DNA of 43,402 nt from an uncultured Collinsella sp. (GCA_902489225.1 CABTZA010000001.1:1-43402), one strand, 5' to 3'; positions 8,544-17,476 are shown, numbered from the stretch's first letter. Made by a program: numbers and translations. The notes: generated by a model from the letters alone, not told the origin.

Positions 8544-8786
8544 ATGGACCGCTCCGAAATCTTCGACAAGATCGCCGAGGTCGCTGCTGACGTTCTGGGC
8601 GTCGATGTTGCCGAAATTAGCGAGGAGACCACCTTTGACGACCTCGATGCCAACTCGCTCGAGCGCCTGCAGCTGGTTACGGCTATCGAGGACGAGTTCA
8701 ACCTCGAGATCGATGACGAGACCCTGCTCTCGCTCAACTCTGTCGCCGACGCCGTCGACGCTATCGAAGCTGCCAAGGAGGCTTAA
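8544..8786 (+). CDS. acpP: Acyl carrier protein
   Basis: 80 aa, very acidic. 'FDDLDANSLERLQLVTAIEDEF' carries the phosphopantetheine Ser in a variant NSL motif. Lies between plsX and rnc. Confidence 0.9.
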   Translation: MDRSEIFDKIAEVAADVLGVDVAEISEETTFDDLDANSLERLQLVTAIEDEFNLEIDDETLLSLNSVADAVDAIEAAKEA

Positions 8787-8789
8787 GTC

Positions 8790-9515
8790 TTGGCTTTATC
8801 CGACCGACTTACGCGCGCCCAGGAAATCCTGGGCCACGAGTTCAACAATAAGGTGCTGCTGCGCGCGGCGCTTACGCATCCCTCGGCAGTCGAGGGCCAG
8901 CCGGTTTCTGCCAGCTATGAGCGCCTTGAGTTCTTGGGCGATTCCATTTTGGGCGCTGTGGTCGCACGCTCCCTGTTTGAGTCCTATCCGGAGTTTGACG
9001 AGGGCAAGCTCACGCGCTTGAAGGTGTCGCTTGTCTCGGGCGCTACGCTGTCCGAGGTTTCTCACGAGCTGGGCATCGACGACATCATCATCTTTGGTGC
9101 CTCCGAGACCGGTACCGGTGCGCGCGGCCTGCATTCGGCCCTCGAGAACGTCTATGAGTCGCTCGTGGGCGCGCTGTACCTGGATGCCGGCTGGGACGTT
9201 GCGGCGGAGTTCATTCACCGTACGCTTAAGCCGCATTTGGCTTCCGAGCGTGCCGAGCATCCTGCGAACCCCAAGTCGTTTTTGCAGGAGTGCGTGCAAG
9301 CCGACGGTCACGAACCTCCGGCGTACAAGCTCGTTGGCTCCGAGGGCCCGGCGCATGCGCCCACCTTTACCGCTGTGGTTTTGATCGATGGTATTCGCCA
9401 GGGTCGCGGCTCCGGCTCCTCAAAGAAGGAAGCCGAGGGAGCTGCCGCGCTCGAAGCGCTCGACCGCATGGGTTACACCACCAACGGCGTGATTCTGAAC
9501 AAGAAGCACGTGTAA
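8790..9515 (+). CDS. rnc: Ribonuclease III
   Basis: 'ALTHPS', 'YERLEFLGDSILG', dsRBD 'GPAHAPTF...GSGSSKKEAE'; TTG start after GGAGG. Confidence 0.97.
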   Translation: MALSDRLTRAQEILGHEFNNKVLLRAALTHPSAVEGQPVSASYERLEFLGDSILGAVVARSLFESYPEFDEGKLTRLKVSLVSGATLSEVSHELGIDDIIIFGASETGTGARGLHSALENVYESLVGALYLDAGWDVAAEFIHRTLKPHLASERAEHPANPKSFLQECVQADGHEPPAYKLVGSEGPAHAPTFTAVVLIDGIRQGRGSGSSKKEAEGAAALEALDRMGYTTNGVILNKKHV

Positions 9516-9525
9516 GCGAGGAACC

Positions 9526-12500
9526 GTGTATCTCAAGTCCCTCACGCTCAAAGGGTTCAAGTCGTTTGCCGACCGCGCCCATATGACGTTTGAGCCGGGC
9601 CTGACCGTCATCGTCGGTCCAAACGGCTCGGGAAAATCGAACATCTCTGACTCGATTCTGTGGGTCCTGGGCGAGCAGAGCGCCAAGCAGCTGCGCGGCC
9701 AGGCCATGGAGGATGTCATCTTCTCGGGCTCGTCGGCGCGCAAGCCGGTGGGTGTCGCCGAGGTCACGCTGGTGCTCGATAACTCGGACCATATGTTGCC
9801 CGTCGACTTTGACGAGGTCGCCATCACCCGTCGCATGTATCGCTCGGGCGAAAGCGAGTACCTCATCAACTCGAGTCCGTGCCGCCTGATGGACATTCAG
9901 GACATCCTGCACGATTCGGGCCTGGGCAAGGATACGCATTCCATCATCAGCCAGGGCAAGCTCGACGCCATTTTGCAGAGCCGCCCCGAGGAGCGTCGCG
10001 CCCTCATCGAGGAGGCCGCCGGCATTTCCAAGCACAAGCGCCGCAAGGAGCGTGCGCTCAAAAAGATTAAGTCGATGGACGAGCACCTGACGCGTGCCCG
10101 CGACATCAATAAGGAAATCGCCCGTCAGCTGCGACCGCTGGAGCGTCAGGTCGATCGCGCGCGCAAGTACAAAGAGCTGTCCTCGCGCGCGAACGAGCTT
10201 ACGCAGATGCTGGCTGTCGATGAGCTTCGTTCGCTGCAGTCGCAGTGGAACGACCTGGAGAGCCGCTCCAAGGAAGGTGCTGCCGAGCTGGAGCTTGCGC
10301 AGTACCGCATGAGCGAAAAGGAGCGCGAGCTCGAGAAGCTCCAGGTTATGCTTGAGGAAAAGGGCCTGTTTGTGGGCGACCTGGGCGAGCAACGCCGTCA
10401 TATGCAAGATGTGGTCGGCCGCATTAACTCCGACATGCGCCTGCTCGAGGAAAAGGGCCACAACATGGTGTCGCGCCTGTCTGACATGCGCGGTCAGATT
10501 TCGAGCTCCGAGCATCAGCGTCGTCGCGTGGTCGAGGAGCTCGAGGACGCGCGTGCGCAGCTTGAGGAAGTGACCGGTGCGCATATGCAGGCCCAGGAGG
10601 ACGTTGACGCCGCTGGTCCTGCCGCCGCTGAGCTCCACGAGCGGCGCGTGGCGCTCGACAATCAGATTTCGCAGCTTACGCGTGAGCAGCGCGATGTGCA
10701 GCGTGTGGCTGATAACGCCGCGCTTGAGCTCGCCAAGGTGAAGGATTCCTTGAGCAATGCCGAGGTCGAGGACAACATGTATGCCTCGCGCCTGGAGCAG
10801 ATTGACGAGCAGCTCGAGGAGGTCACGGCCTCGCTCGAGAGCCGTCGCAACCGCGCCGAGGAGCTTGAGGGCGCTCTTGAGGAAGCGCGCCAGGCTCAGG
10901 TTGATGCGCGTGAGGCCACCGAGACGGCACGCGCGGCCCTGAAGGACCTGCGTGCCCGCGAGAGCGAGGCACGCAACAAGTTATCCGAGGTGCGCTCGGA
11001 GCTTGCCAGCCAAAAGAAACTCGATGCCCGCATGGCCGACAGCTCGCCGCTCGTGAGCCGTCTGATGGGTGCGCTGGGCGATGATGTCTCGGGTCGTTTG
11101 GGCGACGTGCTCGAGGCTCCTCGTGAGCTCGAAGGCCTGGTCGAGCAGCTGCTTGCCGGCGATATCGATGCTCTTTTGTTTGATGACGCCGCCACGCTTG
11201 AGCGTGCCGGTCGTGCGGCTCTGGACCAAAATAAGGCCTCGGGCGAGGCACTGCTGGTGGCGCGCGGCGTGAGCGGCTCTACCGCCGCTGTGGGCGCCTC
11301 CGGTACCCGTCTGGTTGATCGTCTGTCCGTGCGCGCAGGCTACGGACCCGTCGTCGAGGCGCTGCTCGGCGGCTATTACGTCGTGGACGATCTTTCTGCC
11401 GCGCTTTCGGCGCCGGTCGTTGACGGCGTGACTTACGTGACCCCCGATGGCGCCCGCGTCGCCTGCGGCGGCCTGGTGCGTGTGGGCCTCGATGCCGGCG
11501 AGGCGTCGGGTGCTCTGGAGCGTAAGCGTCGCATTCGCGAGCTGGAGGGGCTTGAGCCCGATTTGGCCGCTGTGTTTGAGCATGTGTCGGATCGGGTCGT
11601 CGAGGCCAACGCGGCCGTTGAGGAAGCGCGTGCCGCTGAGGACGATGCCGCCGGCGAGATCGCCCGTCTTGAGGGCGAGCGCCGCTCGCTGCTCTCCGAG
11701 ATCGGCCGCTTGGAGCAAAGCGCCAACAATGCCGAGGTCGAGCGCGTGCGCATCTCCAAGCGTCGCGAGCAGGCCTCCGAAGCCGTTCGCGCTGCGCGCC
11801 CGCGGGTTGATGAGCTCACCCGTTCGCGTGACGAGGCCCGCGCGCAGGCAAGCGATCTGAGCTTGCAGATTGCCGAGGCCAACGACGAACTCGACCGCGT
11901 TCGCCGTGACGATTCCGAGGCCGCCGGCAAGCTCGCCGACGCCAAGGTTCGCCTAGCCCAGACGAGCGAGCGCCTGCGTTCGCTGAAGGGTCGCGTGCCC
12001 GACCTGGAGCATCGTCTTGAGGGCATCGACCGTCGTATCCGCGGAACACGCCAGGCCTCGCGCTCACTCGAGCTGCTGCGTCTGCGCGTCGACCCCATGC
12101 ACGAGCGCTATTCGGCCCTGCTGGAGCGCGCATCGGATTGGGCAGCGCGCTTGCGTGACCAGGCCTCTCTGGAGGAGGCGGACTCCGCTTCGCTCAAGAA
12201 GACCATCGAGGATGCCAAGGCGGAGGTTGCCCGCGCTAAGGAGCGGGTCGATACCGCCTCCGCCACGCAAAACGAGTTCAAGGTCGCGCGTGGTAAGCTC
12301 GAGGTGCAGGTAGAGGCCGCCATTAAGGCCATTACCGCCGATGGCACCACGGTGCTCGAGGAAGCGCTCATGCTTCCGGCTCCCACCGACCGCGACGCCG
12401 CCGAGCGCGAGCTCAACCAGCTTGTGCGCCAGATCAACAACCTTGGTCCCGTTAACCAAGTTGCCATGGAGGAGTACGAGCAGCTCAAGCGCCGCGCCGA

Positions 12501-13062
12501 CTACATCGAGGAGCAGCTGGCCGATCTGGAGAGCGCGCGCAAGGCGCTCACCAAGATCACGGTGGCCATCGACCGCAAGATGCGCAAGGCGTTCCTGGTG
12601 ACGTTTGAGAAGGTCGACGCGAACTTCCGCGAGATCTTCGCTATGCTCTTCCCGGGCGGCCAGGCTCATCTGGAGATGACCGATCCCGAGCATCCTGCCG
12701 AGACGGGTATCGAGGTCGTGGCGCAGCCGCGCGGCAAGCGCATCACCAAGATGATGCTCATGTCGGGCGGCGAGAAGAGTCTGACGGCGCTCGCCCTGCT
12801 CTTTGCCGTGTATCGCACGCGCACGGTGCCGTTCTATGTGCTGGACGAGGTCGAGGCGGCGCTCGATGACGCCAACCTGTCCAAGCTCATCGGCGCGCTC
12901 GATGTGTTGCGTTCCGATACGCAGCTCTTGGTTATCTCGCATCAGCGCCGTACTATGGAGGACGCTGACGTCCTCTATGGCGTCTCGATGCAAGCCGACG
13001 GCGTCAGTCGCGTCGTCTCGCAAAAACTCGATCGCGAAACCGGAAAGGTCGTGAATGCATAA
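9526..13062 (+). CDS. smc: Chromosome segregation protein SMC
   Basis: 'GFKSFAD', Walker A 'GPNGSGKSN', long coiled coils and hinge, 'MSGGEKSLTALALLF', 'LDEVEAALD'. Confidence 0.98.
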   Translation: MYLKSLTLKGFKSFADRAHMTFEPGLTVIVGPNGSGKSNISDSILWVLGEQSAKQLRGQAMEDVIFSGSSARKPVGVAEVTLVLDNSDHMLPVDFDEVAITRRMYRSGESEYLINSSPCRLMDIQDILHDSGLGKDTHSIISQGKLDAILQSRPEERRALIEEAAGISKHKRRKERALKKIKSMDEHLTRARDINKEIARQLRPLERQVDRARKYKELSSRANELTQMLAVDELRSLQSQWNDLESRSKEGAAELELAQYRMSEKERELEKLQVMLEEKGLFVGDLGEQRRHMQDVVGRINSDMRLLEEKGHNMVSRLSDMRGQISSSEHQRRRVVEELEDARAQLEEVTGAHMQAQEDVDAAGPAAAELHERRVALDNQISQLTREQRDVQRVADNAALELAKVKDSLSNAEVEDNMYASRLEQIDEQLEEVTASLESRRNRAEELEGALEEARQAQVDAREATETARAALKDLRARESEARNKLSEVRSELASQKKLDARMADSSPLVSRLMGALGDDVSGRLGDVLEAPRELEGLVEQLLAGDIDALLFDDAATLERAGRAALDQNKASGEALLVARGVSGSTAAVGASGTRLVDRLSVRAGYGPVVEALLGGYYVVDDLSAALSAPVVDGVTYVTPDGARVACGGLVRVGLDAGEASGALERKRRIRELEGLEPDLAAVFEHVSDRVVEANAAVEEARAAEDDAAGEIARLEGERRSLLSEIGRLEQSANNAEVERVRISKRREQASEAVRAARPRVDELTRSRDEARAQASDLSLQIAEANDELDRVRRDDSEAAGKLADAKVRLAQTSERLRSLKGRVPDLEHRLEGIDRRIRGTRQASRSLELLRLRVDPMHERYSALLERASDWAARLRDQASLEEADSASLKKTIEDAKAEVARAKERVDTASATQNEFKVARGKLEVQVEAAIKAITADGTTVLEEALMLPAPTDRDAAERELNQLVRQINNLGPVNQVAMEEYEQLKRRADYIEEQLADLESARKALTKITVAIDRKMRKAFLVTFEKVDANFREIFAMLFPGGQAHLEMTDPEHPAETGIEVVAQPRGKRITKMMLMSGGEKSLTALALLFAVYRTRTVPFYVLDEVEAALDDANLSKLIGALDVLRSDTQLLVISHQRRTMEDADVLYGVSMQADGVSRVVSQKLDRETGKVVNA

Positions 13063-13979
13063 TGGGATTCTTCGATGCTCTCTCGCGCGGACTTGAGCGC
13101 AGCCGCGAGGCCCTCAACGAGGTCTTCTACTTTGGCGGCGAGGTCGACGAGGATTTTTGGGAGGACCTGGAGGACACCCTCGTCATGGGTGACATGGGCG
13201 CCGAGGTCGCTATCAAGGTCTCCGATGACCTGCGCGATGCCGCGGCCAAGAAGAACCTCAAGACCGCTCCGCAGCTTCGCCGTGCCCTGGCCGAGCAGCT
13301 TGAGCAGCACTTTGTGCCCATCGAGCGAGATCCGTTTTCCGATACGCCGAGCTGCGTGCTGTTTGTGGGCATTAACGGTGCCGGCAAGACCACGACGGTC
13401 GGTAAGATCGCGAGCGCCATGGCTGCCCGCGGCAAGAACGTGGTGATCGGTTCGGCCGACACCTTCCGCGCCGCCGCCATCGAGCAGCTCGATGTGTGGG
13501 GGCAGCGTGCCGGCGTACCGGTTATCAAGCGTGACCGCGGCTCCGATCCGGCGAGCGTGTGCTATGACGTGCTCGACGAGGCCGATAAGCGCGGCAGTGA
13601 CCTGGTGCTCATCGATACCGCCGGCCGTCTGCACACGAGCCCTGAGCTCATGCGCGAGCTCGCCAAGGTGGTCAATGTGACCCGTAAGCGCGCCGCCAAT
13701 ATGGCCGCCGGTCCCATGCCGGTTTCGGTCGTGCTTGTGATTGACGCCGCGACGGGCCAAAACGGTCTGAACCAGGCGCTCGAGTTTAACGAGGCGCTGG
13801 GCCTGGACGGTATTATCATGACTAAGCTCGACGGCACGGCTAAGGGCGGTATCGCCATGGCCGTGGCCGAGAAACTCAAGCTCCCGATCCTGCGCGTGGG
13901 CGTGGGCGAGCAGGTCGATGACCTGCAGGAGTTCAATGCCAAAGATTTCTGCCGCGCCCTGGTGGGCGAGTCCAATTAA
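13062..13979 (+). CDS. ftsY: Signal recognition particle receptor FtsY (short form without A domain)
   Basis: 'GINGAGKTTTVGK', 'DTFRAAA', 'DTAGR', 'TKLDGTAKGG'. Confidence 0.97.
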   Translation: MGFFDALSRGLERSREALNEVFYFGGEVDEDFWEDLEDTLVMGDMGAEVAIKVSDDLRDAAAKKNLKTAPQLRRALAEQLEQHFVPIERDPFSDTPSCVLFVGINGAGKTTTVGKIASAMAARGKNVVIGSADTFRAAAIEQLDVWGQRAGVPVIKRDRGSDPASVCYDVLDEADKRGSDLVLIDTAGRLHTSPELMRELAKVVNVTRKRAANMAAGPMPVSVVLVIDAATGQNGLNQALEFNEALGLDGIIMTKLDGTAKGGIAMAVAEKLKLPILRVGVGEQVDDLQEFNAKDFCRALVGESN

Positions 13980-13989
13980 GGAGTGACTA

Positions 13990-15465
13990 GTGTTTGATTC
14001 CCTGAGCGATCGCCTCAACGACACATTTGACCGCCTGCGCGGCAAGGGTAAGCTGACCGAGGCCGATATCACCTCTGCCATGCGCGACATTCGCATGGCG
14101 TTGCTCGAGGCCGACGTCAACTTTAAGGTCGTCAAGGAGTTTGTCGCCAAGACCAAGGAGCGCTGCATGACCGCCGAGGTCATGGAGTCGCTGTCACCGG
14201 CGCAAAACGTCGTCAAGATCGTGCTCGACGAGCTCACCGAGATGCTCGGTTCCACCGAGAGCAAGCTCGTCTTTAGCAACCGCATCCCCAATGTCATCAT
14301 GCTCGTGGGCCTGCAGGGCTCCGGTAAGACTACGGCAGCCGTAAAGCTGGCTTATCTGCTCAAGAAGCAGGGTCGCTCACCGCTACTCGCCGCGTGCGAC
14401 GTCTATCGTCCTGCCGCTGCCGACCAGCTGGCCACGCTTGGCGGAGAGATCGGCGTGCCGGTCTTCCGCGGTGACGGCGAGCACCCGGTCGATATCGCCA
14501 AGGGCGCCATCCAGGAGGCCGTCGACCACCTGCGCGACGTGGTCATCGTCGATACCGCCGGTCGTCTGCAGATCGACGAGCAGATGATGCAGGAGGCCGT
14601 GGACATCAAGAAGGCCGTCAAGCCCGATCAGGTGCTGATGGTCGTCGATGCCATGACCGGCCAGGATATTGTCAACGTCGTCTCGACCTTCGCCGAGCGC
14701 ACCGACTTTGACGGCGTGATCATCTCCAAGCTCGACGGCGATGCCCGTGGCGGCGGCGCGCTTTCCGTGCGCCAGGTGACCGGCAAGCCCATCAAGTTCG
14801 TGAGCATGGGCGAGAAGCCCGATTCGCTGGAGCCGTTCTATCCCGATCGTATGGCCAAGCGCATTCTTGGCATGGGCGACGTTGTCGGCATTATCGAGAA
14901 GGCCCAGGAGGCGGCCGACGCCGAGCAGCTCGAGGCTGCCGAGCGAATGCTGCGCGAGGGCTTCACCATGAACGACATGCTCGACCAGATGAAGGCCGTC
15001 AAGAAGATGGGCGGCATGAAGGGCATCCTGGGCATGCTCCCCGGCGGCCAGCGTGCGCTCAACCAGATGGGTGGCAACCTGGACGAGGGCATCTTCGATA
15101 AGAACGAGGCCATTATCATGTCGATGACCAAGGAGGAGCGTCTGCGTCCCTCCATCATTAATGGCCAGCGCCGTGCCCGCATTGCCAAGGGCGCCGGCGT
15201 GACCCCCACCGAGGTCAATAGCCTTATGAAGCAGTGGGGCGAGATGAACAAGATGATGGGCCGCATGCGCACGATGGCCAATCAGGCACAGGCCGGCGGC
15301 AAGAAGGGCAAAAAGGGTAAGAAGGGCAAAAAGATGCGCATGCCCAATATTCCCGGCCTAGATGCCATGGGTCTGGGCGGTATGGGTGGCCTGGGAACGG
15401 GCGGCCCCAAGTCCGATATGGACCTGCTGCGCCAGATGGAAGCGCAGATGCGCAACAAGAAGTAA
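13990..15465 (+). CDS. ffh: Signal recognition particle protein Ffh
   Basis: 'ALLEADV', 'GLQGSGKTT', 'DTAGRLQID', 'KLDGDARGG', Met-rich M domain. Confidence 0.98.
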   Translation: MFDSLSDRLNDTFDRLRGKGKLTEADITSAMRDIRMALLEADVNFKVVKEFVAKTKERCMTAEVMESLSPAQNVVKIVLDELTEMLGSTESKLVFSNRIPNVIMLVGLQGSGKTTAAVKLAYLLKKQGRSPLLAACDVYRPAAADQLATLGGEIGVPVFRGDGEHPVDIAKGAIQEAVDHLRDVVIVDTAGRLQIDEQMMQEAVDIKKAVKPDQVLMVVDAMTGQDIVNVVSTFAERTDFDGVIISKLDGDARGGGALSVRQVTGKPIKFVSMGEKPDSLEPFYPDRMAKRILGMGDVVGIIEKAQEAADAEQLEAAERMLREGFTMNDMLDQMKAVKKMGGMKGILGMLPGGQRALNQMGGNLDEGIFDKNEAIIMSMTKEERLRPSIINGQRRARIAKGAGVTPTEVNSLMKQWGEMNKMMGRMRTMANQAQAGGKKGKKGKKGKKMRMPNIPGLDAMGLGGMGGLGTGGPKSDMDLLRQMEAQMRNKK

Positions 15466-15487
15466 CGACTAGTTGAGTCGTGTATGA

Positions 15488-15523
15488 CGAAGGCCGCCTG
15501 GATGGTATTCCAGGCGGCCTTCG
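15488..15523. terminator. Strong hairpin between convergent ffh and DUF134 genes (probable terminator)
   Basis: CGAAGGCCGCCTGGA-tggtat-TCCAGGCGGCCTTCG, perfect 15-bp stem; no clean poly-U. Confidence 0.7.
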
Positions 15524-15596
15524 CCGTTTGTTCGCCGTTTGTTCGCCGTTTGTTCGCCGTTTGTTCGCCGTTTGTTCGCTGGTTGTTCGCTGGTTG
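15520..15596. repeat. 11-bp tandem repeat: 5 x TTCGCCGTTTG followed by 2 x TTCGCTGGTTG
   Basis: Units start at 15520, 15531, 15542, 15553, 15564 (exact) and 15575, 15586 (variant); no spacers. Confidence 0.97.
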
Positions 15597-15636
15597 TCGC
15601 ACGCGTGGAAGCGCGTTCTCGACGAGGTGCTTGCCG

Positions 15637-16401
15637 CTAGTGACAGCCGCAGCCTTCGTGCCCGTCATGGTCGTGGTGACCGTGGCAGCCGCAGGACTCG
15701 CCATGCTCGTGGATGTGCTCGTGATCATGTCCATGGCAGTCGCAGGTGGCCTCGCCGTTCTGTGCGAGCGTGCCGGCGATAAGTGCCTCGACGCAAGTGT
15801 CGCAGTTGCCCTGGGCACCTGCGTATACCGTGATGCCGGCTTGTGCAAGCGCGTTGATAGCGCCACCGCCGATACCGCCGCAGATGAGCGCGTCCACGCC
15901 GCCGTTGGCGAGCAGACCCGCTAGGGCGCCGTGACCGGTGCCGCCGGTGCCCACGACCTGCTCGTTGAGCACCTTGCCGTCCTCAATGTCGTAGATCTTG
16001 AACTGCTCGCTGCGGCCAAAGTGCATAAAGATGTTGCCGTTGTCGTACGTGGTTGCCACCCTCATGGTGTCGACCTCCTTTGCTGGCCATGCGGCCGTTG
16101 TCGTGGTGATGGGGGAGTACGCGATGTTTCCGCCTTCGATGACGATCGCCCGTCCATTGACCAGCGCGTTTGCCACCTTGCGATGCGCGCGGCTGCAGAT
16201 TGCCGCCACCGTGGCGCGGGCAATACCCATGCACTGGGCGACTTCCTCCTGATTGAGGCCTTCCAGGTCGCATAGGCGCAGGACCTCGAGCTCGTCGACT
16301 GTCATATCGATAGCGTCTCCGCTCGCCAGGCCATCGGGGGTAAAACCGCGATATTCGGGGATGATCCCAACACGGCGCAATTTTTCGCGTCTTCCTGCCA
16401 T
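15637..16401 (-). CDS. DUF134 HTH domain fused to a NifB/NifX (FeMo-cofactor-binding family) domain with a His/Cys-rich tail
   Basis: 'TVDELEVLRLCDLEGLNQEEVAQCMGIARATV...KVANALVNGRAIVIEGG' (DUF134). 'IFMHFGRSEQFKIYDIEDG...GVDALICGGIGGGA' (NifB/NifX). Tail 'CDCHGHDHEHIHEHGESCGCHGHHDHDGHEGCGCH'. GGAG RBS before ATG 16401. Confidence 0.88.
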   Translation of the reverse strand: MAGRREKLRRVGIIPEYRGFTPDGLASGDAIDMTVDELEVLRLCDLEGLNQEEVAQCMGIARATVAAICSRAHRKVANALVNGRAIVIEGGNIAYSPITTTTAAWPAKEVDTMRVATTYDNGNIFMHFGRSEQFKIYDIEDGKVLNEQVVGTGGTGHGALAGLLANGGVDALICGGIGGGAINALAQAGITVYAGAQGNCDTCVEALIAGTLAQNGEATCDCHGHDHEHIHEHGESCGCHGHHDHDGHEGCGCH

Positions 16402-16414
16402 ACACTCTCCAAAT

Positions 16415-16481
16415 CTGACATATGTCAGTAATAGGATAGCGCGCATGCGGAAGCGTACAAGCTATTTTTGGCATATGTCAG
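16415..16481 (-). promoter_or_regulatory. Promoter of the DUF134 gene flanked by two palindromic operator-like sites
   Basis: CTGACATATGTCAG (16415-16428, perfect palindrome) and TTGGCATATGTCAG (16468-16481). Between them on the minus strand: TTGTAC (16460-16455), 16 nt, TATCCT (16438-16433). Confidence 0.75.
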
Positions 16482-16618
16482 AAAAAGGCAAAGGTGTTCC
16501 GCTTGCGAATGCAGAGCCGTGCTACCGTGCATTGCGTGTGCCTACCCTAGTGTCCAATCCGACACTGCGCGCCTGGGCTACAATAAAAATCGCTTATAGG
16601 CGACTGACAGGAGGGTCA

Positions 16619-17467
16619 ATGAGCAAAGCTGATCAACAGTTTGTATCCATGTGCCGCGACATTCTGGACCATGGCACCACCACCGAGGGCCAAAAGGTCC
16701 GTCCGGTGTGGGAGGACGGCACCCCTGCCTATACCATTAAAAACTTTGGCGTTACGGCGCGCTACGACCTGCGCGAGGAGTTCCCTGCGCTCACCCTGCG
16801 CCGCACGGCGCTTAAGTCTGCGATGGACGAGATTTTGTGGATCTATCAAAAGAAGTCCAATAACGTCCATGACCTCAACAGCCATATTTGGGATGAGTGG
16901 GCCGACGAGACCGGCTCCATCGGCAAGGCCTACGGGTACCAGATTGGCCAGAAGAGCCATTATGCCGAGGGCGATTTCGACCAGATGGACCGAGTGCTGT
17001 ACGATCTTAAGCACACACCGTACAGTCGCCGCATCATGACCAACACGTATGTGTTTAGCGACCTGTCCGAGATGCACCTGTATCCGTGCGCGTACAGCGT
17101 GACCTATAACGTCACGCAGCGCCCGCAGGACGACAAGCCGACGCTCAACATGATTCTCAACCAGCGCAGCCAGGACATTTTGGCCGCGAACAACTGGAAT
17201 GTGTGTCAGTACGCCATCTTGCTGATGATGGTTGCGCAGTCGATCGATATGATTCCCGGCGAGCTGCTGCATGTGATCGCCGACGCCCATATCTACGACC
17301 GTCATGTCGATATTGTCCGCGAACTTATCGAGCGTCCGCAGTTTGCGGCGCCTAAGGTAACGCTTAACCCCGACGTGCACGATTTCTATGCGTTTACGAC
17401 CGACGACCTGATTGTGGAGGGCTATGAGCACGGCCCGCAGGTCAAGAACATTCCCATTGCGGTGTAG
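16619..17467 (+). CDS. thyA: Thymidylate synthase
   Basis: 'IWDEWAD...IGKAYGYQ', 'SRRIM', catalytic 'LYPCAY', 'QRSQD', 'DAHIYDRH'. Start ATG 16619 after AGGAGG. Confidence 0.96.
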   Translation: MSKADQQFVSMCRDILDHGTTTEGQKVRPVWEDGTPAYTIKNFGVTARYDLREEFPALTLRRTALKSAMDEILWIYQKKSNNVHDLNSHIWDEWADETGSIGKAYGYQIGQKSHYAEGDFDQMDRVLYDLKHTPYSRRIMTNTYVFSDLSEMHLYPCAYSVTYNVTQRPQDDKPTLNMILNQRSQDILAANNWNVCQYAILLMMVAQSIDMIPGELLHVIADAHIYDRHVDIVRELIERPQFAAPKVTLNPDVHDFYAFTTDDLIVEGYEHGPQVKNIPIAV

Positions 17468-17476
17468 GTGGTGCTC

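Noticed and set aside
9526..13062. SMC as part of a Wadjet/Mks-type defence system
   Set aside because: Canonical rnc-smc-ftsY context and standard SMC motifs; no jet/mks partner genes.
15520..15596. Possible CRISPR array
   Set aside because: Units are 11 bp, directly adjacent, with no unique spacers, and there are no cas genes in the window.
15282..15924. ORFs with repeated peptides (RRLFAVCSPFV / RTNGEQTANK)
   Set aside because: They are read-throughs of the 11-bp repeat and overlap ffh or the DUF134 gene; no RBS or domain evidence.
15637..16065. Nitrogen fixation gene
   Set aside because: NifB/NifX-family domains are widespread in non-diazotrophs, and no nifHDK genes are present in the window.
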